This document shows, in pieces, positions 43,437 through 53,623 of a DNA stretch of 64,000 nucleotides. A program made the position numbers and the translations under genes. Each line of letters starts with the position of its first letter. Position 1 is the first letter of the stretch. Origin of the DNA: Alphaproteobacteria bacterium (GTDB taxonomy: Bacteria; Pseudomonadota; Alphaproteobacteria; MPNO01; UBA830); assembly GCA_964291215.2 (NCBI GenBank), contig OZ219791.1:992001-1056000 (forward strand), read 5' to 3'. The notes beneath the pieces are model-generated. The model saw nothing but the letters and a program-made list of their open reading frames with translations. It ran no database searches and was not told the DNA's origin.

Positions 43437-45134
43437 CTAGATCGAAGTTCCAAAAAATTCCGGTTGAAATTCACGTCAACTCATTGATGCAGCGTGGTTT
43501 ATCGGATTTTTCGTGCGTCAGAGTGTACCCATGTAATATTATGTTGGATGCTTGACATCCATGGATCTACCGCCTATAGCCATGTATATCGAATCCATCC
43601 CCAACCGCTCGTCCCCGCCCGCCATCCTGCTCCGCGAGTCCTGTCGCGAAGCCGGAACGGTCAAGAAGCGCACCCTCGCCAACCTTTCCAAGCCCGCTCT
43701 CATCGAGGGATTGCGCATTCTGCTCAAGGGAGGAACCGCAGGTCTCGACGACGCCTCGTCCGCTCTCTTCCCCATGTCGCCGCGGTGCTGGGAACCCTGA
43801 AGAAACTGGACCGGCGGATCGACCCGAAGCCTTCTCCCGAGCGCGATCAGGTTCTCGCCATGATCGTGGCACGCATCCTTGAGCCCGCCTCGAAGCTGGC
43901 CAGGGGGCTGGCGACAGCGGTCAGCGCCTTGGGTGAGATGCGGAGTTGGACGAGAATGCCCTCTACGGCTCCTGGAACGTCAGGAGAGGATCCCCTGGCG
44001 GCACCTCGAAGAGGGCTGCCTGGTGCTCCTGACTTCCGTGTGGATGGAGGGGAGGGCAGCCCCTTGGCCCAACGGGGTCATTCCCGGGATGGCAAGAAGG
44101 GCAAGCTGCAGATCGAGTTTGGCCTTCTGTGCGACCGGGACGGGTGTCGGTGCGGGTGTTCCCCGGCAACACCCGGCCACGGTGTCCTCACAGATCGCCA
44201 CGCTGCGGGAGCGGTTCTCCTTTGCGAAGGTGGTGGGGGACCGAGGCCCGCGAGGAGGTCAAGCCTGCGGGCCAGCGCCTTGAGGGGCATCCGTTCACTG
44301 GTGGAGGCGGGTGACGATGTCGCTCTTCGACGAGAGAGACCTGGTGGAGATCACCAGCGATGTGTATCCCGGCGAACGCCTCTGCCACAACCCGTTGCTG
44401 GCCGAGGACCGGGCCCGCGGGACCTGCTCGAGGCCACCGAGGCTCGCACCGATTGCCGCAGCGACGCGACAAGCGCCGGGAAGATCGGGGAGCGGAAGGT
44501 CATCGGCAGGATGGCGAAGCACTTCACGTGGTCCATCGACGATGACGGTGTCTTCACCTATGGGCGCGATGAGGCTGCGATCGCTGCCGAGGCTCCTCTA
44601 CGTGGTCCGCCTGCCGCAGAGCGAGCTCGACGGTCCCGGCACGGTGCACGCCTGCAAGCGGCTGAACTCCGTGGAACGAGCCTTCCGCAGCCTCAAGGAC
44701 CTCAAGGCCCCCGTCCCGTCTACCCGAGCCCCGGGCCCACGTCTTCCTGTGCATGCTCGCCTACTACATGGCACATGCGCCAAAAACTGAAGCCCCTGCT
44801 GTTCGACGACGAGGATGCCGGAGGCGGCCGTCCGTCGTGGCGCCGGCAGAGGTCTCGGCGAGCGCCCGGGCCAAGGCGGCAACCAGGAGAACGCCCGGGG
44901 TGGCACAGCTTCCGTACCCTCATCGATGATCTCGCGACCATCACCCGCAACACCGTGGCGCCCCGCCTTGCGGGCGCCGAACCCTTCCAGGTCACCACAC
45001 GGCCCACGCCGCTCCAGAGAAGGGCATTTCAAGCTCCTGGGCGTGAAGCCATAGTGTACCGAGACCGCTGAAATGTATCGAATGTCATTTCTATCAGATA
45101 CTTAGGTCTGATCGTCTCTGGAACTTCGGATTAG
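43437..45134 (+). mobile_element. IS1634-family element, fragmented transposase
   Basis: TIRs CTAGATCGAAGTTCCA/TGGAACTTCGGATTAG; MYIESIPNRSSPPAILLRES, GHSRDGK and VERAFRSLK. Confidence 0.85.
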
Positions 45135-45467
45135 CTAATCGGAGCCCGCACATCCGGTCATCGGCAGCGAGCGAGGGAAGGTGGCAAGAGAAGATGCCTG
45201 ATCCGAACGCCGTCAGGAAAAACGATTCGTGATCAGTAAGGGTGAGTAGATACCTCGCTACTTGAGTTTGGCTGCGCAAGGACGGCGCATTGTGCATCAT
45301 CAGCCAGAGACATATGAACTTCTCCCGATACAAGCTGGCGTGCCCAAGCGCGCAAAGATGTTCTCCTCGCAGTACCGGGCAAGCGCGCCGTCCGACTTTG
45401 GATGGCAAGTCTTCTGCGCTATATTCGGCCCTGATGCCCTTACCGAATTTTTCTGGCACCTGGTCCC

Positions 45468-46745
45468 ATGTCGTATAGCCGAATTCTGCTGCAAATGTTC
45501 CTTGGTTGCGCGCTTGCGACACTCGCTGTGGTTTCCGGGTCGGCCCAGACGAGCCACCGTATTGCTGCCGTTGTCAATGACGACATGATTTCCGCCTATG
45601 ACCTCGATGCCCGCACTGGTCTCGTCATCTTCTTCGCGCGCATCGAAGACAGCTCCGATGTCCGCAGGCGCATCAGGGGTTCGGTTCTGCGCTCGCTGAT
45701 CGACGAGCGCCTGAAACTCCAGGAGGCTCGGCGGAGCGACATTTTCGTGAGCCAGGAGGAACTCGATCAGGAGTTGGCGGATTTTGCGCGGCGACAGAAT
45801 TTCTCGCGGGGTGCGCTGGAGAGAGTTCTCAAGGATCGGGGCATATCAGTGAACACGCTGCTGGCACAGTTAAGGGCCGAAATCGCATGGGCCAGGTTCG
45901 TCGGGCGCCGCTTTGCTCCGCGTGTCCAGATCGGCAACGAGGAAGTCCAGGACGAACTCGATCAACTCAAGGCTCGACAGGGCCAGACCGAGTATCGTCT
46001 GGCCGAAATCGTCCTCGCGGTCGACCGGCCTCGCGACGAGACGAGAATTCGCGAGGGAGCGGCCCGGCTTGGCGCCCAGATCCGGCGCGGTGCGCGGTTT
46101 CCTGCGCTTGCGCGGCAGTTCTCGCAGAGCGCTACCGCCGCTGTGGGTGGCGACCTTGGCTGGGTTAACCGGTCGGCGCTCGACGAAGAACTGCGCGTCA
46201 TCGTTCCGCGGATGGAGAGGGGCACGGTCTCGGATCCGATCAGGACCGCTGACGGCTACCGTATTGTTCGCCTGGTCGACAGAAGGAAGGTCGCCCAATC
46301 GGACGAGGATGACGTCGTCGTTTCGTTGCGCCGCCTGCTTCTGCCGTTGTCGGACGAACCCGGCGACGATGCCGCGCGCAAGCTGGCGGCACGGGCGCGG
46401 AACGTTTTCGAAGGCACGAACGGCTGCGACGATTTCGCCGGCCGGGCACAGGCGGCGGGGGCCCCTACGCCGTCCGGCGTCGCAAAGCTGACGTTGCGGG
46501 AACTGGCGGCCCCCATCCGCAGGATCGTCCGCGGCCTCAAAGTCGGCGCGGCGAGCGCGCCGCTGCCGGTACGCGAGGGTGTAGTCATTCTCGTGGTCTG
46601 CGCGCGCGAGACGACAGGACCAGACCGCGGCCTGCCCGATCGCGAAGCGGTTGCCGACCGCCTGCTTGAGCGGCGCCTCGCGCTTCTGGCCCGGCGGCAC
46701 CTGCGCGACGCCAGATTGTCGGCGGTCATCGACGTGCGCGGATGA
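45468..46745 (+). CDS. surA: SurA-family peptidyl-prolyl isomerase/chaperone
   Basis: IAAVVNDDMIS, LIDERLKLQEA, FSQSATA..GGDLGW and IDVR; precedes pdxA. Confidence 0.88.
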   Translation: MSYSRILLQMFLGCALATLAVVSGSAQTSHRIAAVVNDDMISAYDLDARTGLVIFFARIEDSSDVRRRIRGSVLRSLIDERLKLQEARRSDIFVSQEELDQELADFARRQNFSRGALERVLKDRGISVNTLLAQLRAEIAWARFVGRRFAPRVQIGNEEVQDELDQLKARQGQTEYRLAEIVLAVDRPRDETRIREGAARLGAQIRRGARFPALARQFSQSATAAVGGDLGWVNRSALDEELRVIVPRMERGTVSDPIRTADGYRIVRLVDRRKVAQSDEDDVVVSLRRLLLPLSDEPGDDAARKLAARARNVFEGTNGCDDFAGRAQAAGAPTPSGVAKLTLRELAAPIRRIVRGLKVGAASAPLPVREGVVILVVCARETTGPDRGLPDREAVADRLLERRLALLARRHLRDARLSAVIDVRG

Positions 46746-46749
46746 TCCG

Positions 46750-47808
46750 GTGCCGGCCGATCTTCCACTGGCCGTCACCATGGGGGACCCGGCGGGAATC
46801 GGCGGCGAGATAGCGCTGAAGGCGTGGCGGGACCGGCGAGCCGACTTGCCATGCTTCTTCATGCTCGACGATGCGCGGCGTCTTCACCGCCTGGCCCGAC
46901 GGACCGGTCTCGATTGCCCCGTCGAGACGATCGGCTCGGCAGCCGAATCGGGCGGCGTCTTCGGCGACGCGCTGCCGGTCCTGCAGCTCAGCGGGGAGGT
47001 GAACTGCGAACCCGGTGGGGACAGCACATCCTGTGGCGCCCTGACGATCGAAGCAATCGACCGGGCCGTCGACGAGGTGATGGCGGGTCGCGCGGCAGGC
47101 ATGGTGACCAATCCAGTCACCAAGAGCAGTCTTTACGCGGCTGGTTTCCGATCTCCGGGCCACACCGAATATCTCGGAGAACGCGCCGGCCTCGATGGGC
47201 CGCCGGTGATGCTTCTCGCCGGACCCCGTCTGAGGGTCGTGCCGGTGACCGTCCACCTCGCGCTGTCGCAGGCAATCGAGGCGCTGACGGCGGAGGCGAT
47301 CGTCCATGCGCTTCGAACGACATGGCAGGCGATGAGTGAGGATTTCGGGATTGCGGATCCGCGAATCGCGGTTGCCGGTCTCAACCCCCATGCCGGCGAA
47401 GGCGGTCATCTGGGCCGTGAGGAAGCCGAGGTGATCGGGCCCGCGATCGCCAGCCTGCGCGCCGAAGGCGCCCGCGTCTTGGGCCCGCTGGCGAGCGATT
47501 CGATGTTCCACGAGGCGGCGCGGGATAGTTATGACGTCGCGGTGTGCATGTATCACGACCAAGCGCTGATCCCGCTCAAAACTCTGGATTTCGATGAAGG
47601 GGTGAACATCACGCTTGGGCTCCCGTTCGTGCGCACCTCCCCCGATCATGGCACCGCCTACAACATCGCCGGCACCGGAACCGCGAACCCGTCGAGCCTC
47701 GTGGCCGCGATACGGGCCGCTGCCGAAATCGCAGGATGCCGCCGCCGGCTTTCCCGACCGCGTGCGGGATCCGGGGCGGCAACCCGATGCCCTTCGGCGG
47801 CGTCCTGA
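46750..47808 (+). CDS. pdxA: 4-hydroxythreonine-4-phosphate dehydrogenase
   Basis: TMGDPAGIGGE, GHTEYL, LNPHAGE, MYHDQ and RTSPDHGTA. Confidence 0.95.
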   Translation: MPADLPLAVTMGDPAGIGGEIALKAWRDRRADLPCFFMLDDARRLHRLARRTGLDCPVETIGSAAESGGVFGDALPVLQLSGEVNCEPGGDSTSCGALTIEAIDRAVDEVMAGRAAGMVTNPVTKSSLYAAGFRSPGHTEYLGERAGLDGPPVMLLAGPRLRVVPVTVHLALSQAIEALTAEAIVHALRTTWQAMSEDFGIADPRIAVAGLNPHAGEGGHLGREEAEVIGPAIASLRAEGARVLGPLASDSMFHEAARDSYDVAVCMYHDQALIPLKTLDFDEGVNITLGLPFVRTSPDHGTAYNIAGTGTANPSSLVAAIRAAAEIAGCRRRLSRPRAGSGAATRCPSAAS

Positions 47809-47861
47809 CTGGCAGGCCAGCGGCGCGCGATGCCGCTGGTCTGCCCTGACGGAACACGCCG

Positions 47862-48722
47862 TTGGCCGAGTTCCCGGCGATCATCGCCCTTCCGCCGCTA
47901 CGCGAAACCATCGCCGCGCACGGGCTCTCGGCGCGGAAGTCCCTTGGCCAGAATTTTCTCCTCGATCTTAATGTTGCCCGCCGCATTGCGCGCGCTGCGG
48001 GGCCCTTCGACGGGGTTTCGGTACTTGAGATCGGTCCGGGTCCGGGCGGGCTCACGCGGGCCCTGCTTGCTGAAGGCGTAGGACATGTCATCGCCGTCGA
48101 GAAAGACCGGCGCTGCATTGCCGCGCTCGCCGAGCTTGTTGCTGTGGCGGACGGCCGGCTCAAGATTGTCGAGGCCGACGCGCTCGCCGTTGATCCCGCG
48201 CAATGGGCCGGGGATTCGGGACGGCTGCGCGTTGTTGCCAATCTGCCCTACAACATTGCTACCGCTCTGCTTGTCCATTGGCTCGACATTGTCGGCATCT
48301 TCGACCGTCTGGTCCTGATGTTCCAGAAGGAGGTTGCCGACCGGATGGCCGCCGGGCCCGGGAGCCGGCGCTACGGGCGCCTTTCGGTCGCTGTGCAGTG
48401 GCGGTGTGATGTGCAGCGCCTGTTTGACCTGCCTCCGCAGGTCTTCGTGCCGCAGCCCGCGGTCCGCTCCTCGGTCGTGATGCTGACGCCGAGAAGCGCC
48501 GCGCTCGGCGCCGCTGATCCCGGGCTGTTCGGAGAGGTCGCCTCGGCAGCCTTCGGACAACGGCGGAAGATGTTGAGGTCCGCCCTCGGCGGCCTCTTTG
48601 CGTGTCCGGATGCGGCCCTGGAACGTTGCAGAATAGTTCGGGATGCCAGAGCTGAGAATCTCGAGGTGGAGGCGTTCAGCGCCCTGGCGCGGGTGCTCGA
48701 GGAGGAAAGGGCGGCGCGGTGA
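47862..48722 (+). CDS. rsmA: 16S rRNA m6,2A dimethyltransferase
   Basis: KSLGQNFL, LEIGPGPGGLT, ANLPYNI and FQKEVA. Confidence 0.95.
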   Translation: MAEFPAIIALPPLRETIAAHGLSARKSLGQNFLLDLNVARRIARAAGPFDGVSVLEIGPGPGGLTRALLAEGVGHVIAVEKDRRCIAALAELVAVADGRLKIVEADALAVDPAQWAGDSGRLRVVANLPYNIATALLVHWLDIVGIFDRLVLMFQKEVADRMAAGPGSRRYGRLSVAVQWRCDVQRLFDLPPQVFVPQPAVRSSVVMLTPRSAALGAADPGLFGEVASAAFGQRRKMLRSALGGLFACPDAALERCRIVRDARAENLEVEAFSALARVLEEERAAR

Positions 48723-48795
48723 TCCGAGTGGGAAGCGGTTTGACCTCGGTAATGGCCGCTGTCAGGTTCCGCCGCATGGAAAACGGGAAACGACC

Positions 48796-49854
48796 ATGAG
48801 CATTCTGCTGCTGAAACCCTCCGACCTCCAGGGACTCGTCGGGATGAAAGAAGCGATAGATGCGATCGAGCAGGGCTATCGCGAATCGACGGAGTTTCCG
48901 GTGATCAACGCGCCGCGGCGGCGGGTCCATTCGCCGGCCGGCGTACGCGTCTCGAACTTTCCCGGCGGCGTTCACGGACTTGGCGTCATGGGAGCGCAGG
49001 TACGCGCCGAGCTCGTCGTGCAAGAAGGGGCGAACCAGCGATATGCTCATCGCGAACGCCCGGTACACATCCTCCACGACTCGTCGACCGGGCGGATGCT
49101 TGCCATTCTATTTGGCGAGATCGACGAGAAGACCATTGGGCCGACGAGCCTGATGGCATTCCGCACGGCTGCGACCAGCGGCCTCGGATTCCGCCATCTT
49201 GTGCGCGAGGATGTGGAAACCGTAGGGCTCTTCGGAACCGCGGGTCAGGCGGCGAACCAGCTTTGGGCGCTGAAGACCGAGCGCGCAGGCATCCGGTCGG
49301 TAAAGGTCTACGGGCGCGATGCCGGCAGGCGGAACAAATTCGCCGAGACCTGGAGCGAGAAATTTGGCCTCAGCATCACCCCCATCGACGATCCTGACGA
49401 GGTCATCAAGGATGTTGACGTGGTGCTGTGCGCCACCAATACCAATGTCGAGCTGTTCGACGGCAACCGTCTCGTCGCGGGCCAGCACGTGACCGGAATT
49501 ATAGGTGGCAACAAGCAGCTCGTCCAGGGCGGATTCCTGCCCCGGCCGCGGCGCGAGATAGATGACAACACGGCAGTCCGGGCCGACATCATCGTGACCA
49601 ATCTCAAGGAGTCCATGGTTTCCGAGGAGCAGGGCGACCTCTACGGGCCGATCCACGCCGGCCTCATCGGAATCGACGACGTGTTCGAACTCGGCGATCT
49701 CGCGACCGGACGGCATCCGGGCCGGACTTCGGCGGATCAGATCACCTTTCACAAGAACAACAACGGGACCGGGTCGTCCGAGATGGCAATCGCCATGACA
49801 GCCTACCGGGCGGCCCTTGAACACGGGCGCGGCATCGAGATCGATCTCGACTGA
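48796..49854 (+). CDS. ornithine cyclodeaminase/mu-crystallin family protein
   Basis: RTAATS, GLFGTAGQA, VLCATN and HPGRTSADQIT. Confidence 0.85.
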   Translation: MSILLLKPSDLQGLVGMKEAIDAIEQGYRESTEFPVINAPRRRVHSPAGVRVSNFPGGVHGLGVMGAQVRAELVVQEGANQRYAHRERPVHILHDSSTGRMLAILFGEIDEKTIGPTSLMAFRTAATSGLGFRHLVREDVETVGLFGTAGQAANQLWALKTERAGIRSVKVYGRDAGRRNKFAETWSEKFGLSITPIDDPDEVIKDVDVVLCATNTNVELFDGNRLVAGQHVTGIIGGNKQLVQGGFLPRPRREIDDNTAVRADIIVTNLKESMVSEEQGDLYGPIHAGLIGIDDVFELGDLATGRHPGRTSADQITFHKNNNGTGSSEMAIAMTAYRAALEHGRGIEIDLD

Positions 49855-49960
49855 TTGTTCCGTTCGGAAACCTCCCGGGATGTCCTCGGTCCGGCCGGCC
49901 GCGGCGCCGGCACGGATGAAGCCAGGCCCGGCGCGCGGGTGCTGATCCAAGGGGCTCGAC

Positions 49961-50701
49961 ATGACGATCGATCTCGATATCACTTGGGCTGAGGCAGCCA
50001 TCATTGCCGCGACGGCCTTCGTCGCTGGCGTGATGCGAGGGTTTTCCGGTTTCGGGTCGGCCCTGACCATCGTTCCGGTCACTGCTGCCGTGGTCGGGCC
50101 TCTGGTTGCGGTGCCGGCGGTGGTGGTGATGCACATCGCGACCAGCGGCCAGCTGCTTCCAAGTGCCCTTCGCGCTGCCGATTGGGGCCGTGTCTGGCCG
50201 TTGTCGATATCCGGCGTAATTGGGGTCCCTGCGGGCGCGTGGCTCCTGGTATCGCAGGATCCGGAACACCTGCGGCGCGGCATATCGCTGCTGATTATCG
50301 TGTTTGCGCTCCTGATGCTGCGGGGCTGGCGTTACCGGGGCCGGATCACCTACTGGGTCACGACCGCGGTAGGTGGCTTCGGAGGCGTGGTTTCTGGCGC
50401 GGCCATGATCGGCGGGCCGCCGGTGATTATGTTTCTGCTCGCGGGCCCCCACCAAGCGGCGCAGAACCGCGGTACCATCATCCTGTATTTTCAGTTTACC
50501 CAACTCGCCGCCTTCGCCATATACTGGTACGAGGGCCTTCTGCTGTGGGTGGTCCTGTGGGTCGCCCTGCTCACCGCCCCGACGCTGATGGTCGGCATGT
50601 GGTTCGGCCAGTGGCTGTTCAGCCGGGCTTCGGAGGCCGTGTTCAGGCGCGTCGCGCTGTTTTTCCTCCTGGCGGTCGGCGTGACCACGTTCTTCGCTTA
50701 G
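49961..50701 (+). CDS. TauE/SafE-family permease
   Basis: AGVMRGFSGFGSAL and IGGPPVI; multiple TM helices. Confidence 0.85.
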   Translation: MTIDLDITWAEAAIIAATAFVAGVMRGFSGFGSALTIVPVTAAVVGPLVAVPAVVVMHIATSGQLLPSALRAADWGRVWPLSISGVIGVPAGAWLLVSQDPEHLRRGISLLIIVFALLMLRGWRYRGRITYWVTTAVGGFGGVVSGAAMIGGPPVIMFLLAGPHQAAQNRGTIILYFQFTQLAAFAIYWYEGLLLWVVLWVALLTAPTLMVGMWFGQWLFSRASEAVFRRVALFFLLAVGVTTFFA

Positions 50702-51151
50702 CCGGCGGCTGATCGTGGAAACCGGCGGTCGGGTCCGCCTGCCGGAGTGGTTTCACCGGGAGATCGAGTGCGATCATGTGGTGCTGATCCCGCGGTAGCG
50801 TTGAATCTCGGTGACCGGGGTGGTCCGGACGGCAGGTTTGCAACTGTCGGGACAGTTTCATGATGCGAATCAGCTGTTCGTAAAGGCAACGGGGATCGCT
50901 GGCGCCAGCGCAATGGCGACAAGGCTCCCGGTTTCTTCCAAATGGGCAGAGGAGTCTCACGCTAAATTCTGTTTGTTTTTTTCAAGGCAGTACCTAGGTG
51001 TTGCGGGGGCGCGGGTTGGTGCGAGGAGATTTTTTACAGTTTTCGCTGGCTTTCCTGCACTGGAGTTGTCATAGTGCGGGGATGTCGGTTCACAAGCACA
51101 TCGCGTCCTGTCCGATACACGTCGCAGCTCCGGAAGGGTTTCGCCTGTCCG

Positions 51152-52444
51152 AGCATCCATGTTTCTTGGCAAGGTTTTTGCGGGTGTCTGTGGTGATGTT
51201 TTCTGTGGTTGTCCACAAGCGGTGTGGGATTTGCTCTGCGAGCGAGGCGACATGAAGCTTGTGGTCCCGGCGGCGGGTTGTCGTCCATTGGTCACGTGAA
51301 CGCGGCTACCTTGCCGTCCCCGGGCATGGTAACGTGACCGTCGTCAAGACAGTCCCGATCGCGGCGCTGCCTCTCGGCAGGGGTGAGGGCCATGAGGGTG
51401 GTCTCCTTCGCTCACTCACCGTGCCGGTGCTTCAGGCGCCCAGCAACGCTGCTGTCGCAGCAAGGTGTTCGCCAGAGCTTGCGCATCACGGCGACAATCG
51501 CGACCTTGCTTGCCGGCAGTCTTGAGGCGCACCAGGTCCGCGTTGAAGCGTGCCGGTTGCGGCCATGAACAGGAGATCGCGTGGCCTTCGGCGCCCGCCA
51601 CGGATGTGCCGAGCACCGTGGTCGTTGGCGCCACCCAGATCAAGGCTGCCGACGCTGCCGAGTTCGGGCATCCAGCAAAGAAAAGCCGCGGCGGTCACCG
51701 GATCGAGGTCAGGATGGCGTACCTCTGCTCGGGATCACCGGCGATCACCGCTTTGATCGCCGCGCCGGCAATGCGGTCATCGAGATCGGCCGCCGAGGCC
51801 CTTGTGACGGTCTCGCCATCCACCTCATCTGCCACCTGCTTGGCGTCGACAAGCGCGGCACCAAGAGATCCTCCAGGCTCTTGAGGAAGGCATCCTGAGG
51901 GGCCACAGGCTCGAGATCGCCCAGCCGATCTTGGCGTCGACGCGGTTGGCCCTTCGCCTCGGCGAAGCCCGCAACGGGTTGACGAGAATAACCTCGAAGC
52001 CCCGGTCATGAAGACACTGGTGAACCTTGCGGTGATAGCGGCCTGTCGCCCACCACCCGGCTCACCCCGAGGCCGCGAAGCCACTTGCCCGCCAGCTCGT
52101 GGCGTCGTTCGCAAAACAATGCGCCAGATGTCCAGACTGGCTGACCCCTGCTACTACCTTGACCATCGTCCCTTGTTCCTCGCCTTACGATGATACGGGT
52201 TCAAACCCAGGCATCCCCACAGCGAGGGACGTCAAGGGAGGTTGGCCGACCAAACTCGGTCGCGGCTCTGTCAAGGTCGAAACGGCAACCTCCGCGGAGA
52301 TCGTTTGATCCCCTGTGCGTGTTCGCTCAGGGGAGCGGAATCTCTCTGCAACCATAAACCGGACGCTCTCCCACAGATCCACATTTTCCCGCCCCAACTG
52401 CTGTGGATGATTTCATCATCAAGGGGACAAAACCTAGTCATATA
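51152..52444 (-). mobile_element. IS110 element copy A
   Basis: On the minus strand CAACCT|TATATGACTAGG...ATGGATGCT|CGGAC; inverted homolog of 53624-55013. Confidence 0.9.
52176..52351 (-). ncRNA. putative IS110 bridge RNA (copy A)
   Basis: Same stems as copy B; left target guide TTTCGACCT, right target guide CCGAG; boundaries approximate. Confidence 0.65.
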
Positions 52445-53623
52445 AGGTTGAGGTTCGCGAAGCCTGAGGAGATACCGCTGCGTTGATGGACGACTATCTC
52501 GGGTTTCGCCGTCTGGCGGGGCTGCGCCATGTTGCGTCCTTCAGGGGGCAGTGGTCTGGCCGGGGCCTTCAAGTGCCGCGACCGGTGGCTGGAAGCCGGA
52601 GCAGCAGGGCTTGATCTGACAACACGCGACTGCTTGCGGCGCCGGGAACGTTTCCGAACCTTGCCTCCTTCTTTCTTGCGACGCGGCGGCTGGCCGACAA
52701 TTGGGCCTACGGCCACCAGGTGGCGGAGACGTTCTGCGATCCGGCGCGTTTTGCGGGCACAAGGCGGCGGGCTGGCGTGCCAGGGGGTTTGCCCGCGCCA
52801 ACGGGCGCTGCACCGACCCCCATGGCAAGGAGATTTTCGTTGTGCGGCGCGACGGCTACTGTCGCAGGCGCTGCGGTGGCGCCGCCTGCCTCCTCGCTCC
52901 CCGGGGTTCCGAGGTGATGCGTTCGCTGCACGACGAGTTGGCGGTGATCGAGGACTTCCGCCGCGCAGGAAGCACACGGTGTGCTCACGTTCTCGCCGAG
53001 CTTGCGAACATGAAGGGCTGCCTCGCAGCTGCGCAGTTCGCACAGTCGCTGTCCCGGGACGAGCTCAAGGCCATCGGCGGAACCCGAGGACGGAGCTGCG
53101 CGAGCCGCCCTCCGGGGCGACCCTCCACCGGGTCATCCGGTCGATCGATCCCGAGGCGCTCGAGGATGTGCTCGGCCGCGGGCTCGCCCGGGCGCTTGCC
53201 GCCGACGGCAAGCGCATCCGCGGCGCCAACCGCAACGGCCACCACGAGACCGTGGCCCTCACGCCTCCGGCGCACCCTTCGCGCTGTTGAACTTCGACGA
53301 CGGCGAGCTGGCGGCCACCTCCTCGAGCGCACCGATGTCCGCGGCAAGGTGATCACCCGCACGATGTCGGCGACGCTGATCACCCGGTGCTGCGGCGCAG
53401 ACCACGTCTTCCCGGTCAAGGGCGCCCGAAACCTTCGACGGCATCGACCGGGAGACGGATGGTCGCTTCAAGGAGGCAAGGCCCGCCTCGAGCAGCGCGT
53501 GCCGCTCGAGGATCTGATCAACTACTCCGGCAGATCGCCCGCATCAAGCGCTACCGCGAGCCGCCGGGAAAGAGCGCCAGCGGCGCAGCGAGCGGCAACG
53601 ACTGCACCGGTACATCATCACCT

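Noticed and set aside
43494-45071. 525-aa ORF as an intact novel gene
   Set aside because: It weaves in and out of IS1634 transposase frames; it is a chance open frame across a pseudogene.
50710-50990. Possible further transposase C-terminal remnant
   Set aside because: Similarity is too faint to assign without a database search.
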